Positions 20,372-31,022 of a stretch of DNA of 64,000 nt are shown here, piece by piece; positions within the stretch are counted from its first letter, which is position 1, and each line of letters starts with the position of its first letter. The notes beneath the pieces are model-generated. The model was given only the letters and a program-made list of their open reading frames with translations, was not told the origin of the DNA and ran no database searches. The translations under genes and the position numbers were made by a program. The DNA comes from Thermoplasmata archaeon (lineage in GTDB: Archaea > Thermoplasmatota > Thermoplasmata > RBG-16-68-12 > JAGMCJ01): positions 11,908 to 75,907 of the forward strand of contig JBHIFI010000001.1 in assembly GCA_046761005.1 (NCBI GenBank), given 5' to 3'.

Positions 20372-22051
20372 CTAGGTGAAGTCTGTCACCTCATACTCCC
20401 CAAAGAAACCTCTGAGAACGTCCGATATCTCGCCGAGTGTGGCATAGTTTCTTACACATCTTAGGATCGGGCTCATGAGGTTTTCACCTTTTTCAGTAAC
20501 CTTTTCGAGGAACACGAGGGACTCTCGAACCCTTCCCTCGTTTCTTTCCCTCTTCAGTCTTCTAATCGATTCCATCTGGTCTTTCTCGATTTCGGGATCT
20601 ACTCTCATCCCTTCAATGGATTTTTCATCTGCCCTGTGGATATTGACTCCGATTATGAACCTCCTATCCTCCTCGACTTCCTTTTGGAATCTGTAGGCGC
20701 TTTCTGCTATCTCTCGCTGAGGATATCCTTTGTCTATCGCTTGTATTGCACCTCCCATCGAGTCTATTTCCTCTATGTACTTTCGGACGCGCTCCTCGAT
20801 TTCCGACGTGAGCCACTCAATGCAATAGGAACCTGCAAGAGGGTCCGCGGTGCTTGCAGCACCGCTCTCGTGCGCTATGATTTGCTGGGTTCTCAGAGCC
20901 AGCTTGACCGCCTTCTCCGAGGGAAGAGCCAGCGCCTCATCCATGGAGTTCGTATGGAGAGATTGAGTTCCTCCCAGGACTGCTGCGAGAGCCTGAAGGG
21001 TGACCCTGATTACATTGTTCTCAGGTTCTTGAGCGGAAAGGGAGACTCCCGAAGTCTGTGTGTGGAACCTGAGAACCATGGACCTTTTCTCCTTTGCCTC
21101 GAACCTCTCCTTCATTATGCGGGCCCATAGTCTTCTTGCTGCTCTAAACTTGGCGACCTCCTCCAGGAAATCGCTCTGGGCACAGAAGAAGAAGGACAAC
21201 CTACTTGCGAAGTCGTCCACCTTCAATCCCCTTTCCAGGACGTTTTCGATATATGCGATTGCGTTAGCGAATGTGAACGCTAGCTCTTGATCCGCAGTCG
21301 CTCCTGCCTCTCGCATGTGATATCCGCTTATGCTTACGGGATTCCAAGAAGGCATTCCTTTTGAGCAGAATTCGATGAGGTCCACTGTGAGCTTCATACT
21401 CTCCTTAGGCGGAAAGATGTAGGTCCCTCTGGCTATATACTCTTTGAGCACATCGTTCTGAACGGTTCCTCTAAGGCCTCTTGCATCCAATCCCTGTTCT
21501 TGAGCGACAGCGATGTACATAGCAAGTAGAATCGGGGCAGTGGAATTGATGGTCATGCTTGTGCTTATCTCGTCCAACAGTATGCCATCAAAGAGGACTT
21601 CCATGTCCTTTAGCGAGCTTATGGCCACACCGACTTTTCCGACCTCACCTCTGGCCATCGGGTGGTCGCTGTCGTAGCCCATCTGTGTCGGTAGATCGAA
21701 AGCTACGCTCAAACCAGTCTGACCTTGGCTAATAAGAAATTTGTACCTCTCGTTCGACTCTCTTGCGCTTCCGAACCCCGCGTATTGTCTCATGGTCCAT
21801 AGGCGTCCCCTGTACATTGTTGGGTGGATTCCTCTTGTGAAGGGAAACTCACCTGGGAAACCTACGTCAGCAAGATAATCGAGATTTCGTATGTCGGCCG
21901 GTGTGTAGACCCTTTTGGCGGGTATGGAAGAAAGAGTTTGGAATTCCTTGCTTCTTTCTGGCAATGCATCTAGGCTCTTCCTTAAGGTAGTGGTTTCCCA
22001 ATCGCTTATCTTCTTTCCAAGGGTGTCATGTCTGACTTCCTTCTTCCGCAT
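20372..22051 (-). CDS. mcmA: methylmalonyl-CoA mutase, catalytic (N-terminal) subunit
   Basis: 559 aa; TIM-barrel CoA-mutase substrate domain; motifs such as [10 protein letters not shown] and [19 protein letters not shown]. Confidence 0.9.
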   Translation of the reverse strand: MRKKEVRHDTLGKKISDWETTTLRKSLDALPERSKEFQTLSSIPAKRVYTPADIRNLDYLADVGFPGEFPFTRGIHPTMYRGRLWTMRQYAGFGSARESNERYKFLISQGQTGLSVAFDLPTQMGYDSDHPMARGEVGKVGVAISSLKDMEVLFDGILLDEISTSMTINSTAPILLAMYIAVAQEQGLDARGLRGTVQNDVLKEYIARGTYIFPPKESMKLTVDLIEFCSKGMPSWNPVSISGYHMREAGATADQELAFTFANAIAYIENVLERGLKVDDFASRLSFFFCAQSDFLEEVAKFRAARRLWARIMKERFEAKEKRSMVLRFHTQTSGVSLSAQEPENNVIRVTLQALAAVLGGTQSLHTNSMDEALALPSEKAVKLALRTQQIIAHESGAASTADPLAGSYCIEWLTSEIEERVRKYIEEIDSMGGAIQAIDKGYPQREIAESAYRFQKEVEEDRRFIIGVNIHRADEKSIEGMRVDPEIEKDQMESIRRLKRERNEGRVRESLVFLEKVTEKGENLMSPILRCVRNYATLGEISDVLRGFFGEYEVTDFT

Positions 22052-22349
22052 AAGAGGACTTCCTTGCTTTCGGATTAGAGTGAATGACCATAAGCGGTGG
22101 CAAAATAAAGCTATTTGCTAACTCCTCCCCAGTTCTAGTTTCACTATCTTTCGATTGGATGCAGTGTCGACTCTGCGAAGCATTCGTCTCCATCTGTAGA
22201 GGTTTGAAATCATTATTCATTTGGGCAGTTTTTGTACCCCTATAACCGAAGGTGTTTGCCTCTCGGGTACTGGGCCGAGTGTTTTGGTTGGAGGTATAAC
22301 CAAACGATGGCGCCAATCTCATAAACTAGAATCGATATCAGCCGATTGG

Positions 22350-22970
22350 ATGTTTGAGGTCATTGCCCTCCTTGGGTTTACCGTCTTTCTCTCTCTTACT
22401 GGCGTAATGATGCCTGGTCCAGTTTTTGCCGCCACCGTGGCCAAGGGCTACAAGGACGGAAAAGCGGGAATTCCAATAGCGCTGGGTCATGGATCTATTG
22501 AATTCCCCGTGATGGTCGCCGTCTATTACGTGGCGTCTTGGCTTCAAGACCCCAAGTCACTGGCAATCATAGGAGTAATCGGCGGTCTCCTCCTAATCTT
22601 GATGGGATGCCAAATTATAAGATTCAGGAAAAGCGAGGAGGAGAAGTACATGCCCTATCCATCCTTCCTTGTGGGAGTGATAACCACACTGTCGAACCCC
22701 TTCTTCTTCCTCTGGTGGGCGACGGTGGGATTCACCCTCCTTATGCTGGCAGCAGTCTACGGGATTCTGGTCGTTATCCTCTTTGGGATCGTTCATTGGT
22801 CGTGCGATCTATTGTGGGACACCTTTGTTTCCTTCTTGGTTAACAAAAGCAGAAGGCTCTGGACCCCAAGAACCAAGGATGTCATATTCGTACTGTGCGG
22901 TTCTATACTTATCGGATTCGGGTTCTACTTTATCTGGACGACAATCGTGGGTAATGGGTTTTTCTCCTAG
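22350..22970 (+). CDS. LysE/RhtB-type amino-acid exporter (membrane protein); track ORF starts at 22221, probable start at MFEVIALL
   Basis: about 6 predicted TM helices; GPVFAA near the first TM is typical of LysE-type translocators. Confidence 0.55.
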   Translation: MFEVIALLGFTVFLSLTGVMMPGPVFAATVAKGYKDGKAGIPIALGHGSIEFPVMVAVYYVASWLQDPKSLAIIGVIGGLLLILMGCQIIRFRKSEEEKYMPYPSFLVGVITTLSNPFFFLWWATVGFTLLMLAAVYGILVVILFGIVHWSCDLLWDTFVSFLVNKSRRLWTPRTKDVIFVLCGSILIGFGFYFIWTTIVGNGFFS

Positions 22971-23084
22971 AGGTTCCCATTTCTTGGCAATAGGTATCAC
23001 CGAAAATTCCTGACCCTGCCAAAGTATGTGCGACTCAGCCATGCAGAACCAAATACAAGCGATTGGAGGAGAATCTTGGACCCC

Positions 23085-24785
23085 TCAATACTTCCTTTCC
23101 TCAGGCTGATATTTGATTATCACAACGGGCTTGTAATCCAACCTAATTCTCCCGTTCTCCTTTGACGCCATCGTATGCTTCAGCCATTTCACATCATCTC
23201 GCTTTGGATAGTCTTCTCTGAAATGTGCGCCTCTACTTTCGTGCCTGGCGAGAGCCCCCACCGCAATGACCTCAGAGAACTCCAGGATGTTTTTCGTTTG
23301 GAGTGTGTCTATGAGCTCGGTATTGAATATCCTTCCCTTGTCCCTTGTTCCTATGCTCCTGAACCTCTCCTGCAGCTCTTTGATTCGCTCAATACACTCC
23401 TTCAATCTCTCTTCGTTTCTATATATTCCACAGAGTCGTGTCATGTTGTCCTGGAGCTCGGCTAGTAGCCTCGGAGCGGATTCCCTCCCATCTGCAGCCA
23501 GTATGGACCTGACATCCTCCTTGATTCCGTCAAGATGATCGTCTGGGAAATCCTCGAATTCAGAACCTTTCGCGAATTCCCTCGCAGAAATCCCCGCCCT
23601 TTTCCCGAAACCAACTGCATCCAGCAATGAATTGGTTCCCAATCTGTTCGCTCCATGAACGGAGACGCATGCGCACTCTCCCGCGGCGAAGAGTCCCTCG
23701 ACCGGAGTGTTTTTCGCATCCCTAATGACGTTCCCGTCTGTTGTGGTGGGCAATCCCCCCATCGAATAGTGGGCGGTCGGCTGAATCGGGATGGGCTCTT
23801 CTATCGCATCAACACCCACGAAATCAAGGGCAAGAGAATGAATCTGGGGAAGCTTCTCCATTATTTTCTCCCTACCAAGATGTCGAAGATCTAGCAGCAC
23901 ATAATCCTTCCCGCCAATTCCCCTGCCCTCATCGATCTCCGTTTGAATGGCTCTGGAAATGACATCCCTAGGAGCGAGTTCCATCTTTTCGGGAGCATAT
24001 TTCCTCATGAATCTCTCGCCTTTGTCATTGAGCAGATAGCCGCCTTCGCCTCTGGCGCCCTCAGTAACCAAGATTCCCTGTGGATACAAACCGGTGGGAT
24101 GGAACTGGACGAACTCCATATCCTCGAGGGGAAGTCCAGCACGAAGGAAGATGCCGAGACCGTCACCTGTGTTTGCTGCTGCGTTTGACGTTATCTTGAA
24201 AGCGCGACCATATCCACCAGTGCAGAAGATAACGGCTTTGGAGTGAATTCCCTCAATCCTTCCGCTTTTCATATCGATTGCCGTCACACCCGCAGACTTT
24301 CCATCAACGAGAGCCAAAGAGAGGACATACCACTCATCGTAGTAGGTTATCCCCTGTCGGAGGCTTTGCTCATATAGTGTGTGCAGTAGTGTGTGTCCAG
24401 TCCAGTCTGCGGCATAACAGGCCCGTGGCTTGCTATGACCACCAAAAGGCCTCTGAGCAATCTTTCCCTCCTTGGTCCGGCTGAAGGCCACTCCCATGTG
24501 CTCCAATTCGTAGATGTTCGAAGGAGCCTCACTTACGAGGATCTCCATAGCATCCTGATCGCCGAGGTAGTCGCTGCCTTTCACGGTATCGAACATATGC
24601 TCTTCTATTGAATCTGGTGTTTCATTTGCAAGAGCCGCAGCGATTCCTCCCTGGGCGGCGCCCGTATGCGACCTCAGCGGGTGAATCTTTGATATGATTG
24701 CTGTGTCCACCTCCTTGCTCGCCTCAATCGCTGCTATGAGACCGGCTAGACCACCTCCGACAATCACGACATCATGTTTCAGCAT
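23085..24785 (-). CDS. sdhA: succinate dehydrogenase/fumarate reductase flavoprotein subunit
   Basis: [19 protein letters not shown] dinucleotide fold; covalent-FAD His region ([10 protein letters not shown]); 566 aa. Confidence 0.9.
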   Translation of the reverse strand: MLKHDVVIVGGGLAGLIAAIEASKEVDTAIISKIHPLRSHTGAAQGGIAAALANETPDSIEEHMFDTVKGSDYLGDQDAMEILVSEAPSNIYELEHMGVAFSRTKEGKIAQRPFGGHSKPRACYAADWTGHTLLHTLYEQSLRQGITYYDEWYVLSLALVDGKSAGVTAIDMKSGRIEGIHSKAVIFCTGGYGRAFKITSNAAANTGDGLGIFLRAGLPLEDMEFVQFHPTGLYPQGILVTEGARGEGGYLLNDKGERFMRKYAPEKMELAPRDVISRAIQTEIDEGRGIGGKDYVLLDLRHLGREKIMEKLPQIHSLALDFVGVDAIEEPIPIQPTAHYSMGGLPTTTDGNVIRDAKNTPVEGLFAAGECACVSVHGANRLGTNSLLDAVGFGKRAGISAREFAKGSEFEDFPDDHLDGIKEDVRSILAADGRESAPRLLAELQDNMTRLCGIYRNEERLKECIERIKELQERFRSIGTRDKGRIFNTELIDTLQTKNILEFSEVIAVGALARHESRGAHFREDYPKRDDVKWLKHTMASKENGRIRLDYKPVVIIKYQPEERKY

Positions 24786-24792
24786 CCGTACA

Positions 24793-25140
24793 TCACCTTA
24801 GCATAAATGGGAGGAAGGCATAGACTGTGAAGACGAAAAGTAATATAGCGACGATGAGCAGAATGTAGGAAACAGCTGTCCTCTTCTTCAGACTTGATAT
24901 GTAGTCATATACCACATTTCTTACTCCGTTGAATGCATGGAAGAGAACGAATCCTAGTAGGAGATTGTCTATTATCATAAAGAGAAGTCCCTGCAATCGA
25001 ATCTTCACCTCTGATATCTCTATTGCGGCATGAGGATCGACGTAGTGAAGGACAACGAGGTGAATCAGAAGCAGAATCACGAGAGCAAAGCCAGTGACCC
25101 TTTGGAGAATCCAGAGCCACATGCTTCTTCGTGATTCCAT
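24793..25140 (-). CDS. sdhD: succinate dehydrogenase membrane anchor subunit (SdhD-like); track ORF extends to 25206
   Basis: 3 TM helices; position between sdhC and sdhA. Confidence 0.6.
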   Translation of the reverse strand: MESRRSMWLWILQRVTGFALVILLLIHLVVLHYVDPHAAIEISEVKIRLQGLLFMIIDNLLLGFVLFHAFNGVRNVVYDYISSLKKRTAVSYILLIVAILLFVFTVYAFLPFMLR

Positions 25141-25157
25141 TGGCAACTGAAGACTCA

Positions 25158-25553
25158 CTACCCCCCTCCTATCGTAGGCCAGACTATCACTAGACCCAGA
25201 ATCCAAATAACGACTGCGACAACCATGAATGCCCAGAAAATCGCTTTCTGATGTTTGAGCCCGATTCCCAGATCGAACAGTGTGAGCCTTATGCCGTTCA
25301 GGCCGTGAACGAGAACGCCGAGAACGACAACAAGTTCTGCCAGAGCAAATAGGGGACTTCTGAATGTATCCAAAAGGTCCTCATACGTCTGACCGTTCAA
25401 ACTGGCCTGAGTAACCACGAAGATGTGCATGACCAAATATATGACTAGGAGGAGGCCTGTTATCCTATGAACGACGTGAGCGAATGTGCCTGTCTCCTTC
25501 GATGCTCGTGCCGTTTTTCTCACATAGTAGGCAAATCCCCTCTGCTTGAGCAT
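25158..25553 (-). CDS. sdhC: succinate dehydrogenase cytochrome b subunit (SdhC-like); track ORF extends to 25607
   Basis: 3 TM helices with conserved His; immediately downstream of sdhB. Confidence 0.65.
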   Translation of the reverse strand: MLKQRGFAYYVRKTARASKETGTFAHVVHRITGLLLVIYLVMHIFVVTQASLNGQTYEDLLDTFRSPLFALAELVVVLGVLVHGLNGIRLTLFDLGIGLKHQKAIFWAFMVVAVVIWILGLVIVWPTIGGG

Positions 25554-25554
25554 T

Positions 25555-26289
25555 TCATCTCCTCCTAGCGACCGCTCTTTTGATGACCTCCCTTCTGAGG
25601 TTTTCAATTGCCTCCGTTGTGTCTATTTCCTTCGGGCAAGCCTCCATGCATCGAAACATTGTGTGGCATCTCCAAACCCCATACTCGTTGTTCACCATGC
25701 TCAGCCTCTCATCCTTTGCCTCGTCCCTGCTGTCAGCAACGAATCTCCAGGCCTTGGTGAGGGCGGCTGGACCCAGATATCGATCATCGGTCCAAACAAC
25801 GGGACAAGATGTTGTGCAAGCAGCACACATTATGCAGGTCGCTGGTTTGTCGTACTTCTTTCTGTCCTCGATGCTCTGAATCCTCTCCTTTGCGGGAGGA
25901 GGTGATTCCGCAATTAAGTAAGGTCTCATTGACCTATACTGACTAAAGAAAGGCTCCCAATCAACCACAAGGTCCTTTATGACTGGATATCCTGGCAGTG
26001 GTTCGACTACGATCCTCTTGCCCTTCAACGATTTGATCTGAGTCTTGCAGGCGAGTTTGTTCTTCCCATTAATCGTAACTGCACACGAACCGCAAATCGC
26101 ACTCCTGCATGAATGCCTGAAGCTCAGACTCGGGTCCATCTCCACCTTTATCACTTTGAGAGCATCAAGAACAGTCATCCCGCCTCTCTCTTCAATATTG
26201 AAGTCAACATAACGCGGGTTCTTGTCTTCCATGGGATTGAAACGGAATATTCTGAGGATGACCATCGAATCGTCCTCTCCTCCCACCAA
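25555..26289 (-). CDS. sdhB: succinate dehydrogenase iron-sulfur subunit
   Basis: 2Fe-2S motif (CRSAICGSCAVTINGK) and 4Fe-4S/3Fe-4S cysteine clusters (CIMCAACTTSCP ... CHTMFRCMEACP). Confidence 0.9.
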   Translation of the reverse strand: MVGGEDDSMVILRIFRFNPMEDKNPRYVDFNIEERGGMTVLDALKVIKVEMDPSLSFRHSCRSAICGSCAVTINGKNKLACKTQIKSLKGKRIVVEPLPGYPVIKDLVVDWEPFFSQYRSMRPYLIAESPPPAKERIQSIEDRKKYDKPATCIMCAACTTSCPVVWTDDRYLGPAALTKAWRFVADSRDEAKDERLSMVNNEYGVWRCHTMFRCMEACPKEIDTTEAIENLRREVIKRAVARRR

Positions 26290-26483
26290 GAAGGAATGGC
26301 GGAAACCTCGCTTATTAAATGCGCAACCGTATTAAATAGTTGTGAAGGCGAATATCTGGCTCTCGATGGCGGGCTTCCTTGTTAGAAGACTCGATAGATC
26401 AGAGCAATTCCTATCTCACTGCATTCTCTCGCGGTTGAGAATCTAAGTCAATCGATTAAGGTGTGCGCTGTCTAGCGGACGAA

Positions 26484-26936
26484 TCATTCGATGGGCTCAA
26501 AGTGCTCAATGTCCAAAATGGATCCCACTCTCTGATCTCTTAGGACAACTTTGACTCGCATGCCATTTCTGACCGCGGCTTTTTTCGCATTGATGTAATG
26601 AACCAGCCCCCCCTGAGTTCCATTGATCCTTATGAATCCTATCACGTAGGGCTTATCGAGTCTCTTTTCATCGATATCCACATGGACAATGGTGTGAGCA
26701 ATGACTTTACCTTCCAGTGGCACTTCTTTCCATTCGTCCAGCTCAGAGAAGCATTTCTCACAGTACATCCGCGGTGGCAGATACGTGACCCCACATTCCG
26801 AACAGTGAGTACCCATCATCTTCCCGTTGTCTCTGAGTTCTCTAAAGAAACGCTCTCCCGAAATTCCGGCGGTATAGACGTACTGCGCTTCCATATCACC
26901 ATGCCAATGAGAGAACTCGTCCTCGTGTAGATTCAT
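26484..26936 (-). CDS. DUF35-family zinc-ribbon/OB-fold protein (thiolase-associated scaffold)
   Basis: CSECG...C..C zinc ribbon followed by an OB-fold region; adjacent to the thiolases. Confidence 0.7.
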   Translation of the reverse strand: MNLHEDEFSHWHGDMEAQYVYTAGISGERFFRELRDNGKMMGTHCSECGVTYLPPRMYCEKCFSELDEWKEVPLEGKVIAHTIVHVDIDEKRLDKPYVIGFIRINGTQGGLVHYINAKKAAVRNGMRVKVVLRDQRVGSILDIEHFEPIE

Positions 26937-27454
26937 TCTTCCCCCTCCTTGAGTGGTCTGAAGTATATTATGTCGGTTATCGATCCGACTCTCTCTTCTT
27001 CAGATTTCCACACCGCCTTGACCGGCATACCGATGTGTATCTCTTCCTTGGTCACCTCATCGAAGTAGTGCATAATACCCATCTTCTCTGATGCACCATC
27101 AATGGAGACGACGCCCACGAAGATGGGGTCCTTGATTCTCCTCGCATCCTTGTCCAAATAGGAAATCGAGAATGTCTCGATCTTCCCAGAATCCTTTACG
27201 TAGACCCACTCAGTTGTAGGCTTGAAGCAATCCTCGCAGAACATCCTGGGAGGAAAGAGAATTCGATTGCACGAGTCACACTTCCTCGCGATGAGCTTTC
27301 CCTTCTTCATCTCTTCAAGGAATCTTGAGATGGCTTCCCCACATGACCAGGCATATCTGGCTCTCGGCTTCCATCTGTTCGTTATAACTTCTCCCTCTTT
27401 CAGCTGTTTGGAAGAGAGCTCTATACCAGGCCATTTCTCGACTTTCTCGCTCAC
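26933..27454 (-). CDS. DUF35-family zinc-ribbon/OB-fold protein (second paralog)
   Basis: CDSCNRILFPPRMFCEDC zinc ribbon plus OB-fold; 4-nt overlap with the downstream DUF35 gene. Confidence 0.7.
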   Translation of the reverse strand: MSEKVEKWPGIELSSKQLKEGEVITNRWKPRARYAWSCGEAISRFLEEMKKGKLIARKCDSCNRILFPPRMFCEDCFKPTTEWVYVKDSGKIETFSISYLDKDARRIKDPIFVGVVSIDGASEKMGIMHYFDEVTKEEIHIGMPVKAVWKSEEERVGSITDIIYFRPLKEGEE

Positions 27455-27455
27455 A

Positions 27456-28616
27456 CTATCCCCTCCTCATAATGAGTACGCTACCGTACTGCATTAGATC
27501 GCCCCAAGCTTGGCAAATACCAGTCTGGGGGTCATTAGGCACCTGCCTCCTACCTGCCTTGCCTGATAGCTGCCAGTAAATCTCGCATGCCTTTACTCCC
27601 ATGGCTGCGGCTATCGGATTACCCACACCTAGGAGACCGCCAGAGGGACAGACAGGAAGGTCACCGTCCCTTTGGGTGATTCCCTCTCTTGTGAGAACGG
27701 GAGCCTCTCCCTTATCGCATAGGAGCAGCCCCTCCATGTGATGGAGCTCTTTGTAGTCGAACGGGTCGTAGGGTTCTGCGACGTCTATCTGCTTTCTGGG
27801 ATTCTCTATCTTCGCCATTTTGTATGCCATCTTGGCGGCCCCCGCCACATATTCCGGGAAGTAAAGGTCCCGATCTGTCCACATCGTGCTATCGATACAC
27901 CATCCCGCCCCCGCAAGCCAGACGAGATTGTCAGTAAGCTTCCTAGCGACATCCTCCGAGGCAAGAACAAGAGCGGAAGCGCCATCGCTCGGCGGGCTGA
28001 TATCCAACCTCTGAACGGGCCAAGCCAGGACTTCGGAGTTGAGAACATCCTCAACGGTCAAGTCAGCCGCCAGCTGAGCGCAAGGATGGTCCAGAGCGTT
28101 CCTTTTGTTTTTTACGGAAACGCGGGCGATATCCTCCTTCTTTATGTTGTGCACGTGCATGTATCTGTTCATCTCCATAGCGAATATCCAGACCAGATTA
28201 GGTCTCAGTGGTCTATCGAGAATCGGGTCCCAAATGTGGGCGAAAGCCGACTGGGGATGGGGGAAACAGCTTGACATCTTTTCCTCCGCGACAACCAGAC
28301 ATATGTCAGCGAGGCCAGATGCAACATGCCACCAGCCCGCGATCGGTGTAAAGACCGCGGTTCCCCCGCCCACGAAAACCCTGAGATAGGGCTTTCCCGC
28401 CCCGCCCGCTCCATCCAGCAGATTCTCGCCCTTCATATGAATTCCATCGAACGCATCTGGTGCTGAGCCCAGGACAACAGCGTCCACATCCTTGAGCTCA
28501 ATACCCGCTTCGTCCAAGGCCATTCTTGAAGCCTCGAAGCTCATCTCTTTTCCAGTCTCCTGGAGCCTTCTTCGGAAAATCGTCATTCCGCCACCGAGAA
28601 CTGCAACTCTCCTCAT
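27456..28616 (-). CDS. thiolase (SCP-x / archaeal acetyl-CoA acetyltransferase type)
   Basis: 386 aa; VAVLGGGMT N-terminus; C-terminal CPSGGLLGVGNPIAAAMG thiolase motif. Confidence 0.8.
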   Translation of the reverse strand: MRRVAVLGGGMTIFRRRLQETGKEMSFEASRMALDEAGIELKDVDAVVLGSAPDAFDGIHMKGENLLDGAGGAGKPYLRVFVGGGTAVFTPIAGWWHVASGLADICLVVAEEKMSSCFPHPQSAFAHIWDPILDRPLRPNLVWIFAMEMNRYMHVHNIKKEDIARVSVKNKRNALDHPCAQLAADLTVEDVLNSEVLAWPVQRLDISPPSDGASALVLASEDVARKLTDNLVWLAGAGWCIDSTMWTDRDLYFPEYVAGAAKMAYKMAKIENPRKQIDVAEPYDPFDYKELHHMEGLLLCDKGEAPVLTREGITQRDGDLPVCPSGGLLGVGNPIAAAMGVKACEIYWQLSGKAGRRQVPNDPQTGICQAWGDLMQYGSVLIMRRG

Positions 28617-28620
28617 CGCA

Positions 28621-29772
28621 TCACCTCTCGAATATCACAACCGCCCCAGAGGCGGTGGGTACACCCCTCCAGGACTGAGCAAGACCTCTTTCAGCCTCCT
28701 TCAATTGTCTCTCTCCCACATTCCCCCTCAGCTGAAGCACCACTTCTAGGGCTCGGTGCAATCCCGAAGCTTCCAGTAGATTTCCGCATCCCAGAGAGCC
28801 TCCTGAGATGTTGATAGGAAGATCTCCGTCATGATGGAATCGACCATTTTCTAGATCTTTTCCCCCCTGACCCTTTTCGGCAAGACCGAGCGCTTCGATG
28901 TGCATGAGCTCCTTATACGAGAACTTGTCGTCAACCTCAGCGAAATCTATCTCGTTATGTGGCTTGACGATCCCTGCCATCTCGTAGGCCATCTTGGAGG
29001 AATCCTCCGCATATGAAGCACGTCCCCATTCTCTCCCTTCCAACCAGGGTGTTTCGGAATTCCATCCAAAGCCGCTTATCCAAACCGGCTCGTCGGTGAT
29101 ACACTTGGCCTTTTCTGCGCTCGCAAGAACAAGGACCACCGAACCATCAGCGAGCCTGCTTATGTCGAGTTTCTTGGCGGGGCTGAACATCGGCTCCGAG
29201 CCCATTACCTCGTCAATGCCCACATCCCTTCCATATGGTGCCAAGGGGTTCCTCAGGGCATTTGCCATGTTCTTTTGGACGACACTGGCGCACTGCTCCT
29301 CTGTATTACCTGACTCCTCCAAAAACTTGTTCATCTCCATTCCCGCAACATAGTAAGGATGCCCGGCAAGTGGCTTGTTGTAGACCGGGTCGAAGGCATG
29401 AAGGACGACATCGTTGTACGTGGTGAGATCGGAGATCTTGCTATGGGCCTCAACCGCAACAACGTCTACCATGCCTGACATTATTTGCATGCACGCTACT
29501 GCGAGCCCGTGAAGACCATCCCCGCAAACAGTACATGTCGGTTTCAAAACCGCTCCTAACTGATCGGGCACGAATTCGTCAAAGATGCTAAAGCCCTCCC
29601 AGTAGTCCTCAGCACATGTGACGAAGCTGTCTATGTCCTTTCTGGGGTTCAGTCCCGCGTCCTCATAGGCTTTGGAAGCTGCCTGATACATCAATTCCTT
29701 CCAGGAGTATTTCTCCGTCTCCGGTTCGTATTTTGTTGAACCAGAACCAACAACAGCAATCCTCTCTTCCAT
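28621..29772 (-). CDS. thiolase-like protein (second SCP-x-type paralog; thiolase or retro-aldolase-like)
   Basis: 383 aa; IAVVGSGSTKY N-terminus; C-terminal NISGGSLGCGNLLEASG motif. Confidence 0.75.
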   Translation of the reverse strand: MEERIAVVGSGSTKYEPETEKYSWKELMYQAASKAYEDAGLNPRKDIDSFVTCAEDYWEGFSIFDEFVPDQLGAVLKPTCTVCGDGLHGLAVACMQIMSGMVDVVAVEAHSKISDLTTYNDVVLHAFDPVYNKPLAGHPYYVAGMEMNKFLEESGNTEEQCASVVQKNMANALRNPLAPYGRDVGIDEVMGSEPMFSPAKKLDISRLADGSVVLVLASAEKAKCITDEPVWISGFGWNSETPWLEGREWGRASYAEDSSKMAYEMAGIVKPHNEIDFAEVDDKFSYKELMHIEALGLAEKGQGGKDLENGRFHHDGDLPINISGGSLGCGNLLEASGLHRALEVVLQLRGNVGERQLKEAERGLAQSWRGVPTASGAVVIFER

Positions 29773-29892
29773 CAGGACACAATCCTAGGGTAACCCGATC
29801 CCCCACCTGTCAATTCTTCACCCGTATTAAAACTTGCCAAATACAGAGCAAAATCTTATTCCCTCACCTCACCTTACCACTGAAGACGGTTC

Positions 29893-30915
29893 ATGGTAAG
29901 GACATACAAAGAGTCAGGTGTGGACATCGATGCCGAGAAAGAATCCATTCGCTCTCTAGTGACCCAGCTCACGTTCAGAAGGAAGGGACTCGGAGCATCC
30001 TTCGACATACCGGGGTTCTTCACCGGCCTCATCAATTTCGGAGAATACTTCTTGTCCCTCTGCACGGACAGCGTGGGAACGAAGCTTCTCGTTGCCTCAT
30101 CCCTTGGCAAGTGGGATACTGTGGGCATAGACTGCATTGCAATGAGTGTAAACGACATGATTTGCATCGGAGCGGAGCCTTTGGCGTTCGTTGACTATTT
30201 TGCGGTGGAAAGATACGACAAGGAGATATCCAGACAGATTGGAATTGGTCTAAACGAGGGAGCGAAGAGGGCAAACATCTCCATCGTCGGAGGGGAGTTC
30301 GCCACCCTTCCTGAGATCGTCAAGGGATTTGATCTTGGCGGTACATGTCTGGGTTTTGTGAAGAAGGATCAAATGATCTCAGGGTCGGAAATAGAAGAAG
30401 GTGACTCGATAGTTGGACTAGCTAGCTCTGGAATCCATTCAAACGGGTTAACACTCGCAAGGAGACTTCTCTCTGAGGCTGAAGTAAGCCTGCAGGAGAA
30501 GCCTTCGGGTTTGAGTAGAACAGTGGGAGAGGAGCTCCTCGAGCCCACACAGATATACGTACGCGAGGTCTTGGACATCATCAAGAAATTCCGGATTAAG
30601 GGAATGGCAAACATAACGGGGGGTGCCCTTAGGAATCTGATTCGTCTGAAGAAGAGTGTTCAATTTGTGATTACCGATCCAATGGAACCCCAGCCCATTT
30701 TCAACTTCCTTCAAGAACTGGGAGGTATAGAAGAGAAGGAAATGTATCAGACATTTAACATGGGGCTTGGATTTGCTTTGGTTTGCGGGAGAGAGGAAGC
30801 CGATTCTGTCATGGAAACAATAGGAGATAGGATACCATCCAAAACCATTGGGATTGTCGATGAGGGAACGGGTGCATTCGTCCCAGACCTGGACCTGAGA
30901 TACAACAAATACTAG
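29893..30915 (+). CDS. purM: phosphoribosylformylglycinamidine cyclo-ligase (AIR synthetase) PurM
   Basis: 340 aa; YKESGVDIDA start region; PurM N- and C-domains. Confidence 0.9.
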   Translation: MVRTYKESGVDIDAEKESIRSLVTQLTFRRKGLGASFDIPGFFTGLINFGEYFLSLCTDSVGTKLLVASSLGKWDTVGIDCIAMSVNDMICIGAEPLAFVDYFAVERYDKEISRQIGIGLNEGAKRANISIVGGEFATLPEIVKGFDLGGTCLGFVKKDQMISGSEIEEGDSIVGLASSGIHSNGLTLARRLLSEAEVSLQEKPSGLSRTVGEELLEPTQIYVREVLDIIKKFRIKGMANITGGALRNLIRLKKSVQFVITDPMEPQPIFNFLQELGGIEEKEMYQTFNMGLGFALVCGREEADSVMETIGDRIPSKTIGIVDEGTGAFVPDLDLRYNKY

Positions 30916-31022
30916 GTGATAGAACGACCGCCAAGAGAGTCGAACTGCTTTCAGACGGTTATTTCCAAATCGATCTTGGTCTACTTGTCTACGGGAAGAC
31001 CTCCTACTATGGTAAGAAGTAT

